Assembly: GCA_964518425.1 (NCBI GenBank)
Contig: CAZFGG010000004.1
Span: 5,701-69,700 of the forward strand
Direction: 5' to 3'
Source of the DNA: an uncultured Gammaproteobacteria bacterium
GTDB lineage: Bacteria > Patescibacteriota > Patescibacteriia > SBBC01 > CAIJZX01
DNA length: 64,000 nt
Part shown: in pieces, positions 8,846 through 18,583 of the stretch
How positions within the stretch are numbered: the stretch's first letter is position 1
Layout: the number at the start of each line of letters is the position of its first letter
Position numbers and translations under genes: made by a program
The notes under the pieces: generated by a model
Databases searched by the model: none
Told to the model about the DNA's origin: nothing
Seen by the model: the letters and a program-made list of their open reading frames with translations, nothing else

Positions 8846-10651
8846 ATGAATATGAACACCTTTCGCTCCCTTGCGCTGATTAGCGGCGTGCTCGTTTTGT
8901 TTTGTGGGCGAACGGCGTTGGCCGCTACGAACAAAACATTGGGCTCATATGATACGAGCGGAACGGCTCGGGATGTTGTTGTTCTCAACAATGTCGCCTT
9001 CGTCGCTGACGGGAGTAGCGGAGTTATCGCGTTAGATATCAGCTCACCATCTAGCCCGACACTCATCGGTTCTTATGATACGCCAGGTACGGCAGTTCAA
9101 CTTGACGCGGCCGGGAACTATCTCTTTGTGGCCGACTCGACCTCTTTGACTATATTAAATATCTCCAGTCCGTCAGCAATTTCACTGTCTGGATCGTATA
9201 GCCAAACTGGATTAACGATCAACGATCTGACGACGGATGGTACCTACGCCTATATTCTCGGTTCACTGAATGGCGTGACGACTTTTGAAATCATCAATAT
9301 TTCCAATCCAGCGGCACCCGTTCTGAAAGGGAGCCTAGCGGTTAATGCTGGGTCCGGCCTGACGTTGTCCGGAACCTACGCGTACTTAGCCGGGGCCAAC
9401 TTTGTCGACATCGTCAATATTACTAACGTCAGTAGTCCATCACTGACCGGCGAGTACGTTGGTGGTGTCGGGTTAGCATTCGACAGCGTTCAAGTCATTG
9501 GTTCTTACGCCTATGTCAACGACGCTCAGGCAGGATTACAGGTAGTCAACATCAGCAGCCCCGCAGCTCCGACGTTAACATCGGGCAGCACAGTTCCTGG
9601 CAGTGGTCTGGGCGGAGGGTTAACCACCTCGAATGGCTACTTGTTTCTCAACTCATCAACAGGCAATGTCGTCATCTACGATATTTATTCAACCGGATTG
9701 CCAGTGTTCGTTGATACCTATAGTACTCCAGCTAACGGATATGGGATTGCTGTGGCTGATACGATAGCCGTTGTGGCCAGTGGTGAGGCCGGGGTACAAC
9801 TGATTGACGTTTCGAAGCCCGACACTGTTCCGCCAACAATTACACTCAAAGGCGGAGGCGGCGTCGGTACCGTTCCACCAGTGATCACGGTCGGAGGTAA
9901 ATTCGTTGACCCGGGCGCGATCGGCCTTGATAACGTCGATGGATCATTACTGGTCTCTGTCACCGGTACGGTTGATACCTCGACCGTCGGCAAGTACAAG
10001 CTGACCTACACCCTGACCGATCGAGCTGGCAACACGACCAGTGTTACCCGAACCATTATTATCGCCCCATCCATCACCACCATCACCGGCACAAAGGGTG
10101 TCTATGTCCAAAAAGTGAACGGAAAGAAAATCACCTTCCGCCCATTCTTGTCGTACACCGGGACGATCTATGCTCGAAAGCTGATCGTCCACAAGCTGAC
10201 CGATCCGATGTTCCTGTTCGTGGCCACGAGTCCGTATGGAAAACCAGCCGTTGCGCTCTTCAGTTACCAGGGCAAACTCTTGACGCGCGTTGACCTAACG
10301 AAACTTTCCACCAAAGGTCTCCACCTTGATCTCCTCAGCGATCCCAGCACCTTATCTGTTATCGTGACGCTCAATTCGACGAGTCCGGGCACCATTGTCC
10401 GTGCGTTCACGATTAGCAAGAGCGGGTTGAAAGCGGCTGGTAACCTCACCGTCAGTTCGAAACCGGCGCTGATCATCGAGAAAGTATTAAAATTCTATAC
10501 CAATGAGGTTGGAATCGCGACCATGGTCAAAGGAAAAACAAGCACCATTCGGATCTGGCGCTATAGCACAAAAACAAAAACCTTTCTTCGCGATACGAAG
10601 TACGTCTTGAGTACGTTAGCGCTGACCGGAACGTCGATTAAACTGAAGTAG
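8846..10651 (+). CDS. Secreted LVIVD-repeat (beta-propeller) protein with a C-terminal Ig-like domain
   Basis: Signal peptide. Repeated 'AGLQVVNIS / AGVQLIDVS / LTILNIS' LVIVD-type units. 'DNVDGSL...GKYKLTYTLTDRAGNTTSVTRTI' is a bacterial Ig-like/DUF5011-type module. Confidence 0.6.
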   Translation: MNMNTFRSLALISGVLVLFCGRTALAATNKTLGSYDTSGTARDVVVLNNVAFVADGSSGVIALDISSPSSPTLIGSYDTPGTAVQLDAAGNYLFVADSTSLTILNISSPSAISLSGSYSQTGLTINDLTTDGTYAYILGSLNGVTTFEIINISNPAAPVLKGSLAVNAGSGLTLSGTYAYLAGANFVDIVNITNVSSPSLTGEYVGGVGLAFDSVQVIGSYAYVNDAQAGLQVVNISSPAAPTLTSGSTVPGSGLGGGLTTSNGYLFLNSSTGNVVIYDIYSTGLPVFVDTYSTPANGYGIAVADTIAVVASGEAGVQLIDVSKPDTVPPTITLKGGGGVGTVPPVITVGGKFVDPGAIGLDNVDGSLLVSVTGTVDTSTVGKYKLTYTLTDRAGNTTSVTRTIIIAPSITTITGTKGVYVQKVNGKKITFRPFLSYTGTIYARKLIVHKLTDPMFLFVATSPYGKPAVALFSYQGKLLTRVDLTKLSTKGLHLDLLSDPSTLSVIVTLNSTSPGTIVRAFTISKSGLKAAGNLTVSSKPALIIEKVLKFYTNEVGIATMVKGKTSTIRIWRYSTKTKTFLRDTKYVLSTLALTGTSIKLK

Positions 10652-12074
10652 CGTACTTGTCATCCTTTTCCGGACCAAGGATCTGTTTCAGGTTGACGAA
10701 CGTATAACCGTCAGCTCGTAAACGATCGATAATTTCCGGTAGAGCCTCAATTGTGCCGCGACGATCGTGGAGCTGTTCGGCATGTGGCCCGTCCTGCAGC
10801 CCGTCATGAAGAAGAATAATGCTTCCATGGCGCACGTGGTCGACGATACGGTCGGTAATCAAGCTTGGGTCGCCGGTATTGTAATCTTGCGGATCGACGG
10901 TCCAGTTGATCATGCGCAAGTGAAGATGTTCAGCCTCATACAGCAACTCTGGGCTACGCAAGCCATGCGGCGGCCGGAACATGGTCGGGGATTGACCAGT
11001 GGCGACATTTATTTCCGCGCTGGTGGCGGCCAACTCGTGGTGAATATGTCCGGGGGTCATGTAGGGGAGTCGGAAGGAATGGTCCCAGGAGTGGTTCTCA
11101 ATTGGGAAGCCGGCCTGGCTGACGTAACGGCTGGTCGTCGGATCGGCGGCGATACTCCGACCAACCTCAAAAAAGGTGGCCGGGACATTTTTTGATTTGA
11201 GAATATCGACGATGGCCCTCGTTGCCAAGCCATTCGGCCCGTCGTCAAATGTCAACGCGACCAATTTTTGCTTGGTGTGAACGTGAGTAGTGATTTGCCC
11301 GAAGACCGAAGAGGTAGGCCAGGCGCTCAGGTACACCAGAGCCAAGACGACAGCGAGAGTGAACGACAGTCTATTGCGTCGACGGGTCTGGCGTTCCAAT
11401 TCTTCTGCCGATCGGCGGACGGGAGTGAAGTGCCAAATCAACGGCCGCCGGAAGATGACCATCCAGGCGAAGTTTAGGCCGTAGCGAAGTCCTTCGCGAA
11501 CCGGGGCGGCCTGGAAACGGCGAGCGCTGGTCAACACGCGGAGGCGTCGGATAAACTTGACGCGACCATACCGCTTCATTTGCCAGCTAAAGGCAATATC
11601 ACTGGCTAAATTGTACGTGATGTCGAAACCGCCGGCTTCAAGAGCTACGAGACGCCGAACGGCCATATTACTTCCGACCAGGCAGGTCGAGAAAAAAACA
11701 CGGGACCACCCGATCATGCGCAAACGCTCAAAGTGAATGGGCCCAGTAATCCCGACCACCTCGGGATCAGAAAAACCGGCCATGACCGTAGCCAACCAGT
11801 CGGGTGCCACGACACTATCAGCGTCGGTAAAGGCGACGATATCACCTACCGCTTCCTGTAGGCCACGGTTCATGGCGTAGACGTAGCCTTGGCGAGGTTC
11901 GTGAACGACGCGCGCTCCGACCTGCTGGGCGATGTCAGCCGTTGTGTCGGTCGAATTATTATTAACGACGATAACCTCCGCCCCAAGCAGTCGAGCCTGC
12001 GGTATGAGCGCGGCTAATGCCCGCGGCAGTAATTCAGCCTCGTTATAGGCGGGGATGACGATGGAAACCTTCAT
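10638..12074 (-). CDS. Bifunctional family-2 glycosyltransferase / NodB-type polysaccharide deacetylase fusion
   Basis: N-terminus 'MKVSIVIPAYNEAELLPRAL...DADSV' is GT2 (GT-A). C-terminus 'LTFDDGP', 'HSWDH' and 'LLHDG' are NodB-homology (CE4) deacetylase motifs. A TM segment sits between the two. Confidence 0.75.
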   Translation of the reverse strand: MKVSIVIPAYNEAELLPRALAALIPQARLLGAEVIVVNNNSTDTTADIAQQVGARVVHEPRQGYVYAMNRGLQEAVGDIVAFTDADSVVAPDWLATVMAGFSDPEVVGITGPIHFERLRMIGWSRVFFSTCLVGSNMAVRRLVALEAGGFDITYNLASDIAFSWQMKRYGRVKFIRRLRVLTSARRFQAAPVREGLRYGLNFAWMVIFRRPLIWHFTPVRRSAEELERQTRRRNRLSFTLAVVLALVYLSAWPTSSVFGQITTHVHTKQKLVALTFDDGPNGLATRAIVDILKSKNVPATFFEVGRSIAADPTTSRYVSQAGFPIENHSWDHSFRLPYMTPGHIHHELAATSAEINVATGQSPTMFRPPHGLRSPELLYEAEHLHLRMINWTVDPQDYNTGDPSLITDRIVDHVRHGSIILLHDGLQDGPHAEQLHDRRGTIEALPEIIDRLRADGYTFVNLKQILGPEKDDKYATSV

Positions 12075-12161
12075 CAGGGATATATAGCTAGAATATGAAA
12101 ACGAGGATCAGCGTATCACCAAGAGCCTCGATTGTCAACCCCGAAGAGACGCCCCGAACGC

Positions 12162-13232
12162 TTATCGCAACCCCATCTTGTACTGAGCGTCGAGTAGGGT
12201 TTGTTCCGCCACGGCATTGGCCTTGGTGTTGCCAGTAGCGATGACTTCGTTAACGTAAGCAGTATCTTTCACCAATTCGGCGCGACGTTGGCGGAATGCG
12301 GCAAAGTGATCAGCGATGATTGTGGCCAAGGCCGGCTTGAATTCAGAAAATTTTAACTCGCCGGTTTCAGCCAGGGTATCCCAGTGCATACTATCGGTCG
12401 TTGAGGCTATGGCGAGAAGAATAGTGAAGAGGTTTCGAACGCCTTGGAATTGTTTTTGCAAATTGGCATCGCCTTTCCATTCTCGATTGGCCGCCTTGGC
12501 TCCGGCTTTGGCAGCTTTGAACGCTTCGCGGACCACTCGCGGTTCAGCGCTGGAGACAGCCTTCTTGAGCTTCTGTTCAATGACTGCTGGGGAGTCATTC
12601 AAGAGAATTCCGCCGCCAAGCGACTTACTCATTTTCTGCTCAGGATGAACGAGGTCCATAATCCGTTTGCCGCTGGTATGGAGGGACTGTGGTTCCGGGA
12701 ACGTTGAACCGAAGAGGCGATTGAATTTCTTGGCCAGGTCGCGGGCTAATTCGACGTGCTGATCTTGATCATCGCCAACCGGAACGGACTCAGGTTTGTA
12801 GGCCAGAATATCGGCCGCTTGGAGAATTGGGTAGTTCAGGATGCCGGCGTTTTGGTAATCGTGATGTTGCTCAGTTTTCTCCTTAAACTGGATCATCCGC
12901 TGAAGCTCGCCGATGGGCGTGATGGTATTCAATAACCACATCAGCTGGCTGTGCGCCGGAACTTGGGATTGAATGAAGATGGTCGCCTTGGTCGGATCAA
13001 GTCCGGCGGCGAGATAATCAATGACCGTATCGCGAACAAGTTTCGGTAACTCTTTCGGATCATACGGTGTCGTAATGGCATGCAAATCAGCCACCATGTA
13101 AAAGACCTCGTGGCTGTCTTGAAGCTTGATCCATTGCTGAATCGCGCCGAGGTAATTCCCGAGGTGGAGTGGACCGGAAGGGCGAATGCCGGAAAGAATG
13201 CGTGACATGGGCGGAGTATACAAGACATTCAA
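12162..13232 (-). CDS. trpS: Tryptophanyl-tRNA synthetase
   Basis: 'ILSGIRPSGPLHLGNYLGAI' (HIGH region) and 'KMSKS'. 356 aa with a short C-terminal extension. Confidence 0.92.
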   Translation of the reverse strand: MNVLYTPPMSRILSGIRPSGPLHLGNYLGAIQQWIKLQDSHEVFYMVADLHAITTPYDPKELPKLVRDTVIDYLAAGLDPTKATIFIQSQVPAHSQLMWLLNTITPIGELQRMIQFKEKTEQHHDYQNAGILNYPILQAADILAYKPESVPVGDDQDQHVELARDLAKKFNRLFGSTFPEPQSLHTSGKRIMDLVHPEQKMSKSLGGGILLNDSPAVIEQKLKKAVSSAEPRVVREAFKAAKAGAKAANREWKGDANLQKQFQGVRNLFTILLAIASTTDSMHWDTLAETGELKFSEFKPALATIIADHFAAFRQRRAELVKDTAYVNEVIATGNTKANAVAEQTLLDAQYKMGLR

Positions 13233-13338
13233 AGGTTTTTCAACCCAGTTCTTTTTCTTGACGGGCGGATGTTTTTGGTGCTACGGTGGCCACGATATTT
13301 CTGTATCTCTTGCTCTTTCAACCATGGAGGGAACCATC

Positions 13339-13782
13339 ATGGCTCATTCCCGCATCCAGTTAGACGATATGCGGCGGGCGCTGAACGAACTAGCTGATCG
13401 GCTCCTGAAGGATGAGCAAAAGGTCGGGCTCGACCCATGTGTAGGCAGCACCCTCAAACTGGTCATGGGTGAACTGAAGCGCTACGTTCCCGGACTGGAG
13501 CTACCTACGAACGCCGACATCGCCTGCGCTTTTGCAGCGTCAGCCGAGATGGCTCTTCGCGACGATAACAACCACGATGCACTGTCCTTTGCGCTTCGTG
13601 GTCTGGCCGGCGCGCCCCACAACCCGCGGTTATGGCACTTGGCGGCCTCGGCGAGTGTCAATTGTGGTGCGATCGAGTTGGCCATCCAGATGCTGGATCA
13701 TAGTCTCTGGATTCATCCGGGTTTTGGCGCCGCCCGACAAGATTACCAGGCGTTGACAAGCTTCTTTCACGGCCACGACTAG
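13339..13782 (+). CDS. Hypothetical helical protein (GC-rich small ORF)
   Basis: ORF 13186..13782, but its 5' part overlaps trpS. A GGAGGG SD lies 6 nt before the ATG at 13339 ('MAHSRIQ'). GC ~60%. Confidence 0.4.
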   Translation: MAHSRIQLDDMRRALNELADRLLKDEQKVGLDPCVGSTLKLVMGELKRYVPGLELPTNADIACAFAASAEMALRDDNNHDALSFALRGLAGAPHNPRLWHLAASASVNCGAIELAIQMLDHSLWIHPGFGAARQDYQALTSFFHGHD

Positions 13783-13851
13783 TCAGTGAACAACGATAAT
13801 GCAGCGAGCCAGAAACTTGGCTCGCTGATTTTTTGCCAAGACAACCCGAGA

Positions 13852-15618
13852 TTAGACTTCAATAATGACCGGAATGATCATTGGCTGACGATGGGTCCGC
13901 TGGAAGAGGAATTTCTCTAAGTGGTTGCGGATTTTATCGCGGAGATCCTTGCTCTCAACTTTCAAACGAGGCTCTTTATCAACCAACGCTTTCTTCGTTT
14001 CACGAATCATGTCGCCAATCAAATGGCCCTGTTCTTTCATGTGGGTCATGCCACGGGAAATGACATCGACTTTACCAACCCTTCCGGTCCGTGTATTCAC
14101 TTGAGCGACGACGATGACCATGCCGTCTCCAGCCAGTTGTTTACGATCACGGAGGACTAAGGCGTTCACGTCGCCGATACCCAAGCCATCAACGAAGACA
14201 TAGTTAATCGGCAGACGCGTGTTGGTCACATAGCCTTGGCCATGATCGAATTCAACGACTTGGCCGTTATCGGCGATCAGGACATTTTTTTCGGTGACTC
14301 CAGCTTTGACAGCGTTTTTCCTATTCTCGATTAAGGCCGAGTAACTCCCTTCAATCGGCATGAAGTACCGCGGTCGGACCATCCGGATGAAGTCGACAAT
14401 ATCATCAGCTTTGGCGTGACCACCAGCGTGGATATCCAGCATTTTGTAGTCGATAATCTCAGCGCCTTCACGGAGCAATCCATCTTTCAAGCGTGTGACG
14501 GCCCGTTCATTACCGGGAACAACTGACGATGAGAAGACAATGAGGTCGCCGCGTTCAACGCGTAAATACTTATGCTCGCGGTTAGCGATCCGCATGAGGA
14601 CGGCATTATCTTCGCCTTGGGCGCCGGTGCAAAGCACCAGGTAGCGGTTCGGCGGAAGTTGTTTGATTTCTTCCCAGGGGAGAATGGTCGTCGGTTTGCA
14701 ACGGATGTAGCCGAGTTGTTTACCAATCTCGACGTTTGTTTTCATCGAGTATCCTTCGAGCAGAACCTTGCGGTTGTACTTCTCGGCCAAGGTGATGATT
14801 TGTTGGACGCGGGAGATGAGCGAGGCGAAGGTGGCGAAAATAATTCGGCCGTTCGTCTGGGTGAACATTAAATCAATGTTCTTTTCGATCTCTTCTTCGG
14901 ATAATTGGTGACCAGGAGTCGAGGAGTTCGTCGAATCGCACATCAGGCACATGATATTTTTCTGGCTGAGCCCTTGGACGAAATCAAAGTCAGTCCGGTT
15001 GCTGACGTGGGCATGACGGTCGAGTTTGAAATCGCCCGTATGGACGATTTTACCGGCCGGGGTTTCCACGACGACGCCCATGCTGCCCGGGATGTTATGC
15101 GATAAGCCGAAGAACTCTAGACGGAAGACGCCAAGCTTGACGCGATCGCGGCTCTTGATCGGATTCAAACGTAGTTTTTTACCGGGCGCGATGTCTTCCA
15201 TTTTCTTCTGGAGCATGGCGCAGGTCAAATCGGAACTGTAGATCGGCGGGTTGCCTAAGCGGGGGATCCAGTGCGGCACGCCGCCGGTGTGGTCGTAGTG
15301 GCCGTGGGTGATGACGACGCCCCGAATCATTTTTTCTTTACCTTGAAGATACGATAAATCAGGAATGATGTAATCGACACCGGGCATATCTTCTTCTGGC
15401 CACTGCAAACCAACGTCAATCAGGAGGATTTCCTGACCATACTGAATCAGCATGCAGTTGCGGCCGCCCGTTTCTTCATTCCCACCAATGGGAATAATTT
15501 TCAGGACGTTTTCTTTACCGCTTGGGGCGCGCTCACCGGCTTTTGGTTTTGGCTCTGGCCGACGGGTATAGCGCGGGCCTTCAGGTCGGCGCGGTCGCGC
15601 CTTGGGTCGTTTACCCAT
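13852..15618 (-). CDS. rnj: Ribonuclease J (metallo-beta-lactamase/beta-CASP)
   Basis: 'IIPIGGNEETGGRNCMLIQYGQEILLIDVG', 'VITHGHYDHTGG'. 588 aa, with an unusual R/P/K-rich ~40-aa N-terminal tail. Confidence 0.9.
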   Translation of the reverse strand: MGKRPKARPRRPEGPRYTRRPEPKPKAGERAPSGKENVLKIIPIGGNEETGGRNCMLIQYGQEILLIDVGLQWPEEDMPGVDYIIPDLSYLQGKEKMIRGVVITHGHYDHTGGVPHWIPRLGNPPIYSSDLTCAMLQKKMEDIAPGKKLRLNPIKSRDRVKLGVFRLEFFGLSHNIPGSMGVVVETPAGKIVHTGDFKLDRHAHVSNRTDFDFVQGLSQKNIMCLMCDSTNSSTPGHQLSEEEIEKNIDLMFTQTNGRIIFATFASLISRVQQIITLAEKYNRKVLLEGYSMKTNVEIGKQLGYIRCKPTTILPWEEIKQLPPNRYLVLCTGAQGEDNAVLMRIANREHKYLRVERGDLIVFSSSVVPGNERAVTRLKDGLLREGAEIIDYKMLDIHAGGHAKADDIVDFIRMVRPRYFMPIEGSYSALIENRKNAVKAGVTEKNVLIADNGQVVEFDHGQGYVTNTRLPINYVFVDGLGIGDVNALVLRDRKQLAGDGMVIVVAQVNTRTGRVGKVDVISRGMTHMKEQGHLIGDMIRETKKALVDKEPRLKVESKDLRDKIRNHLEKFLFQRTHRQPMIIPVIIEV

Positions 15619-15838
15619 ATATCTGTATGAGCGCCAATGATGGCGCTGTTCTTTATCTCCGCAACACAGGAACGGCTAACTTTTTCTAAAACTGTGTTCT
15701 GGTCGACCCAATATGGGCGACAGTCATGGGGCGTGTCGAGCTGAGCTCGATCATGCACAATGGCCTACTGGGCAGGCCGCTGGGCGCGATGGAAACGACA
15801 AAGAGGGATACTACACCACTCAGAAGGATTTGTCAAGC

Positions 15839-16216
15839 CTATTGTAACCAATCGCTAATCGGACGCGGGGAACAGTGACAAGCGTTATGACCGTAGATCA
15901 TGCCGAAGATGATGGCGGCTGAGAAGATGAGCAGCGCTGGCCATAAGACGTTCATGACAACTTCTCCGGTATTTTGAGATCTACGGATGGCCCAGCGAAC
16001 CAAGAGGATATACGGTAGAAGGGAAAAAACGATAAACGGAAGAGCACCAGTTCCCCACATACTGCTGTTGTAGTAGATACGTTCTACAATCCAGCCAGCC
16101 AAACCATTAGCCAAAGAAAGCAAGACTAAACTCAAGAAAAAAGCCCATCCTTTGGCCGCTCCCAAGGGATCCTTAGCCCTAATGTTTACTGGTTGGTTAG
16201 ATACTGGGTTGGCCAT
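15839..16216 (-). CDS. Small membrane protein (hypothetical)
   Basis: ORF 15839..16306; the internal start 'MANPVSN' is preferred because the 5' part would overlap the tRNA-Leu. Three to four TM helices. Confidence 0.4.
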   Translation of the reverse strand: MANPVSNQPVNIRAKDPLGAAKGWAFFLSLVLLSLANGLAGWIVERIYYNSSMWGTGALPFIVFSLLPYILLVRWAIRRSQNTGEVVMNVLWPALLIFSAAIIFGMIYGHNACHCSPRPISDWLQ

Positions 16217-16247
16217 GGTTATTGCGGAGGATAATGACTCATGAGAT

Positions 16248-16334
16248 TGGTGCCCAGAAGAGGACTCGAACCTCCAAGACCTTGCGGTCACGTGGCCCTG
16301 AACCACGCGCGTATACCAATTCCGCCATCTGGGC
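16248..16334 (-). tRNA. tRNA-Leu (anticodon CAG), type II with long variable arm, CCA encoded
   Basis: Reverse complement reads GCCCAGA...CGTGG-TTCAGGG-CCACG...GGAGGTTCGAGTCCTCT-TCTGGGC-A-CCA. The acceptor stem pairs 7/7, the anticodon loop gives CAG, and the discriminator is A. Confidence 0.85.
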
Positions 16335-16347
16335 CTGACGAACTAGA

Positions 16348-18057
16348 CTACTTCTTTTTTGACGCCCACGTCAAACTGGTATGCAGGTACCAATGTGAAA
16401 TATCATCGAAGCGATTCGTGGGATCGATCAACAGCCGATCGTTGAATCCGTGAAGACCCTTCGGATGTGCATACGCATAGACTGACTGGTCTGTAATGAC
16501 TGCTGGAACCTCATCAATGAGAATGTTTTGGAAATCAAGATAATCCTTCTGGCGTTGGACGGGATCCAAGGTTTTATGACCATCATCCAAGTCTTTGTCC
16601 AGATTCTTATTGAAGAAGATCGCTAAGGCAAATCCAGGATCACGCTGCTGTGTTGAATGCCAATAGGCATACGGATCGCTGTCGGCCGTTAGGCGCTGAC
16701 CAAAGAGTAGAGCTTCATACTGCCGGGGGCCGATCGTATCAACTTCAATTCTGGTCGGATCAACCGTTTTGACTTCAACTTGGGCGCCAATGGCCTGCCA
16801 GGATTTTGCGACGGCATGAGCGAGCGCAACTAAAGCTGGCTCGTCAACGGTCGTCAACACGAACGTCAGTTGCTGGCTACCCTTTTGTCGGATACCATTG
16901 GCCATCGTCTTCCAGCCAGCTTGATCAAGAAGGGATTTAGCTTGCTCGGCCTGATTGTCATCGTGACGCAAGTTGGGATTGTATCCAATGAAGCCCGGGA
17001 GGATGGGGCCATACGCGACGCGACCCTGGTCATGGAGCGGGCTGTGGACGAGCGCCTGCCGGTCAATAGACATACTCAGTGCCCGCCGGACCTCTTTAAC
17101 CTTGAGTGCGGGATTGGAGCGTTGATTGAAGAAGATACCAGTGATTTGGGCCAGCGGAATATTCGTGACGACGTGATGCTTGGAGATCATGGCGACATCG
17201 TCTTGTTGAAGATTCCCGAGCGTATCAACGGAGTCGCTGGCCAGGGCCTGAACCGCGCTCTCTTGACTTCCGTAGAACTTAAAGACGAGATGATCAATCA
17301 GCGGCGCGCCCGGACGATAATCTTTGTTCTTGATAACCGTCAGACTTTTGATGGCACCGGATCGATCTTTCGTTAAACTAGAGAATTTATAGGGACCATT
17401 GCCAATCGGTTTCAGATTTAACTCAGCTAAAGAAAATGTTGCGCCGGTCTGGTCACCCCAGGCGTGTTGAGGAATCAGGCCAAGGGTCAGCAAGTTCATA
17501 AAACCCGGCGTCGGATGATCGATCCTAAAGATGATCGTCCGGCCATCTTTTTTTTCTACGTTGACCGGTTTCAGGGCGGATTGCCAGGGACTTTTATACT
17601 GTGCATCAGCCATTGTCTGGTAGGTATAGACAACATCATCCGCGGTTAGCGGTTGTCCGTCTGACCAGACGAGGCCTGGCCGGAGCGTCACGGTGTAGGT
17701 TTTGCCATCAGGGCTGACGACGAGGTTGTCGGCCAGCTCGGGAATGTATTTCGGATTTTGACCGACGCGCATCAAGCCTCGAAAAGTAACATTGACCACA
17801 TCCGCGTCAGCGGTATCCGGTCGGGCCAGGACAGGGTTGATGAATTGGGGGCTGCCGACAATTCCCTCAGTCAGGGTTCCGCCGGCCCGAGCGACCCGGC
17901 CTAGATGACCGCTTAGAAAGACCGTCAGTACCACGATGGCCGAAATACTAGCCAGCCAACCAAAGATGATCACCCAGCGACGTTCTGACGGGCTGAGCAC
18001 TGATCCCAGAGACCGCAACTGACGCCAGCCAGGAATGCGTTTGGATGACAAACTCAT
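16348..18057 (-). CDS. Family-5 (peptide/nickel type) extracellular solute-binding protein, TM-anchored
   Basis: Long SBP_bac_5-like sequence. N-terminal TM anchor 'RWVIIFGWLASISAIVVLTVFLSG'. Start taken at 'MSLSSKR'. No ABC permease or ATPase genes nearby. Confidence 0.7.
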   Translation of the reverse strand: MSLSSKRIPGWRQLRSLGSVLSPSERRWVIIFGWLASISAIVVLTVFLSGHLGRVARAGGTLTEGIVGSPQFINPVLARPDTADADVVNVTFRGLMRVGQNPKYIPELADNLVVSPDGKTYTVTLRPGLVWSDGQPLTADDVVYTYQTMADAQYKSPWQSALKPVNVEKKDGRTIIFRIDHPTPGFMNLLTLGLIPQHAWGDQTGATFSLAELNLKPIGNGPYKFSSLTKDRSGAIKSLTVIKNKDYRPGAPLIDHLVFKFYGSQESAVQALASDSVDTLGNLQQDDVAMISKHHVVTNIPLAQITGIFFNQRSNPALKVKEVRRALSMSIDRQALVHSPLHDQGRVAYGPILPGFIGYNPNLRHDDNQAEQAKSLLDQAGWKTMANGIRQKGSQQLTFVLTTVDEPALVALAHAVAKSWQAIGAQVEVKTVDPTRIEVDTIGPRQYEALLFGQRLTADSDPYAYWHSTQQRDPGFALAIFFNKNLDKDLDDGHKTLDPVQRQKDYLDFQNILIDEVPAVITDQSVYAYAHPKGLHGFNDRLLIDPTNRFDDISHWYLHTSLTWASKKK

Positions 18058-18157
18058 GACCAGGTCACGATCAAGGTTGCGAATATTTGGCGTGGCGTCT
18101 GGACTGGCGATGGAACGGGGTCGAATCTTAGCCAGCCAGCGGGTCCACCAGTGGGCG

Positions 18158-18397
18158 CTAGGCGGTACGGTTGACGTAGACATTGGCCAGGGCAACCGCG
18201 AAGAACAAAATCACCACCACGATGGTCGCAATGTAGATCACCCGCTCAGCCCCGCGTTTCGTCCGGAAGACATTTCCCTCGCCACCAAAAACACCTGATA
18301 AGCCCGTGCCCTTGCCTTGAATTAAAATCAAGCCAATCAGCACAACTGACATGACAATCTGGGCGATAGGAATTGCGCGATGAAGCCAGGTCGGCAT
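18158..18397 (-). CDS. secG: Preprotein translocase subunit SecG
   Basis: 'VLIGLILIQGKGTGLSGVFGGEGNVFRTKRGAERVIYIATIVVVILFFAVALA' matches the SecG two-TM pattern (LLQ.GKG...FGG). Start chosen at 'MPTWLHR'. Confidence 0.7.
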   Translation of the reverse strand: MPTWLHRAIPIAQIVMSVVLIGLILIQGKGTGLSGVFGGEGNVFRTKRGAERVIYIATIVVVILFFAVALANVYVNRTA

Positions 18398-18583
18398 AGG
18401 GAGAGGAAACGCCCAAAAAGCTGGGCGACTGATGGACGGTACACCCTTCACGACCGCCTGTCAACGCCATATCTTGACAAAATTCCAAACATGAGCTAGT
18501 CTGCTTGGCACGAACGTTTGAATCCCGGCAAGCGTTTTGGCCACGACGGCCAGCACTTTCACCCCGGGGATTCGGAGGTCAGG

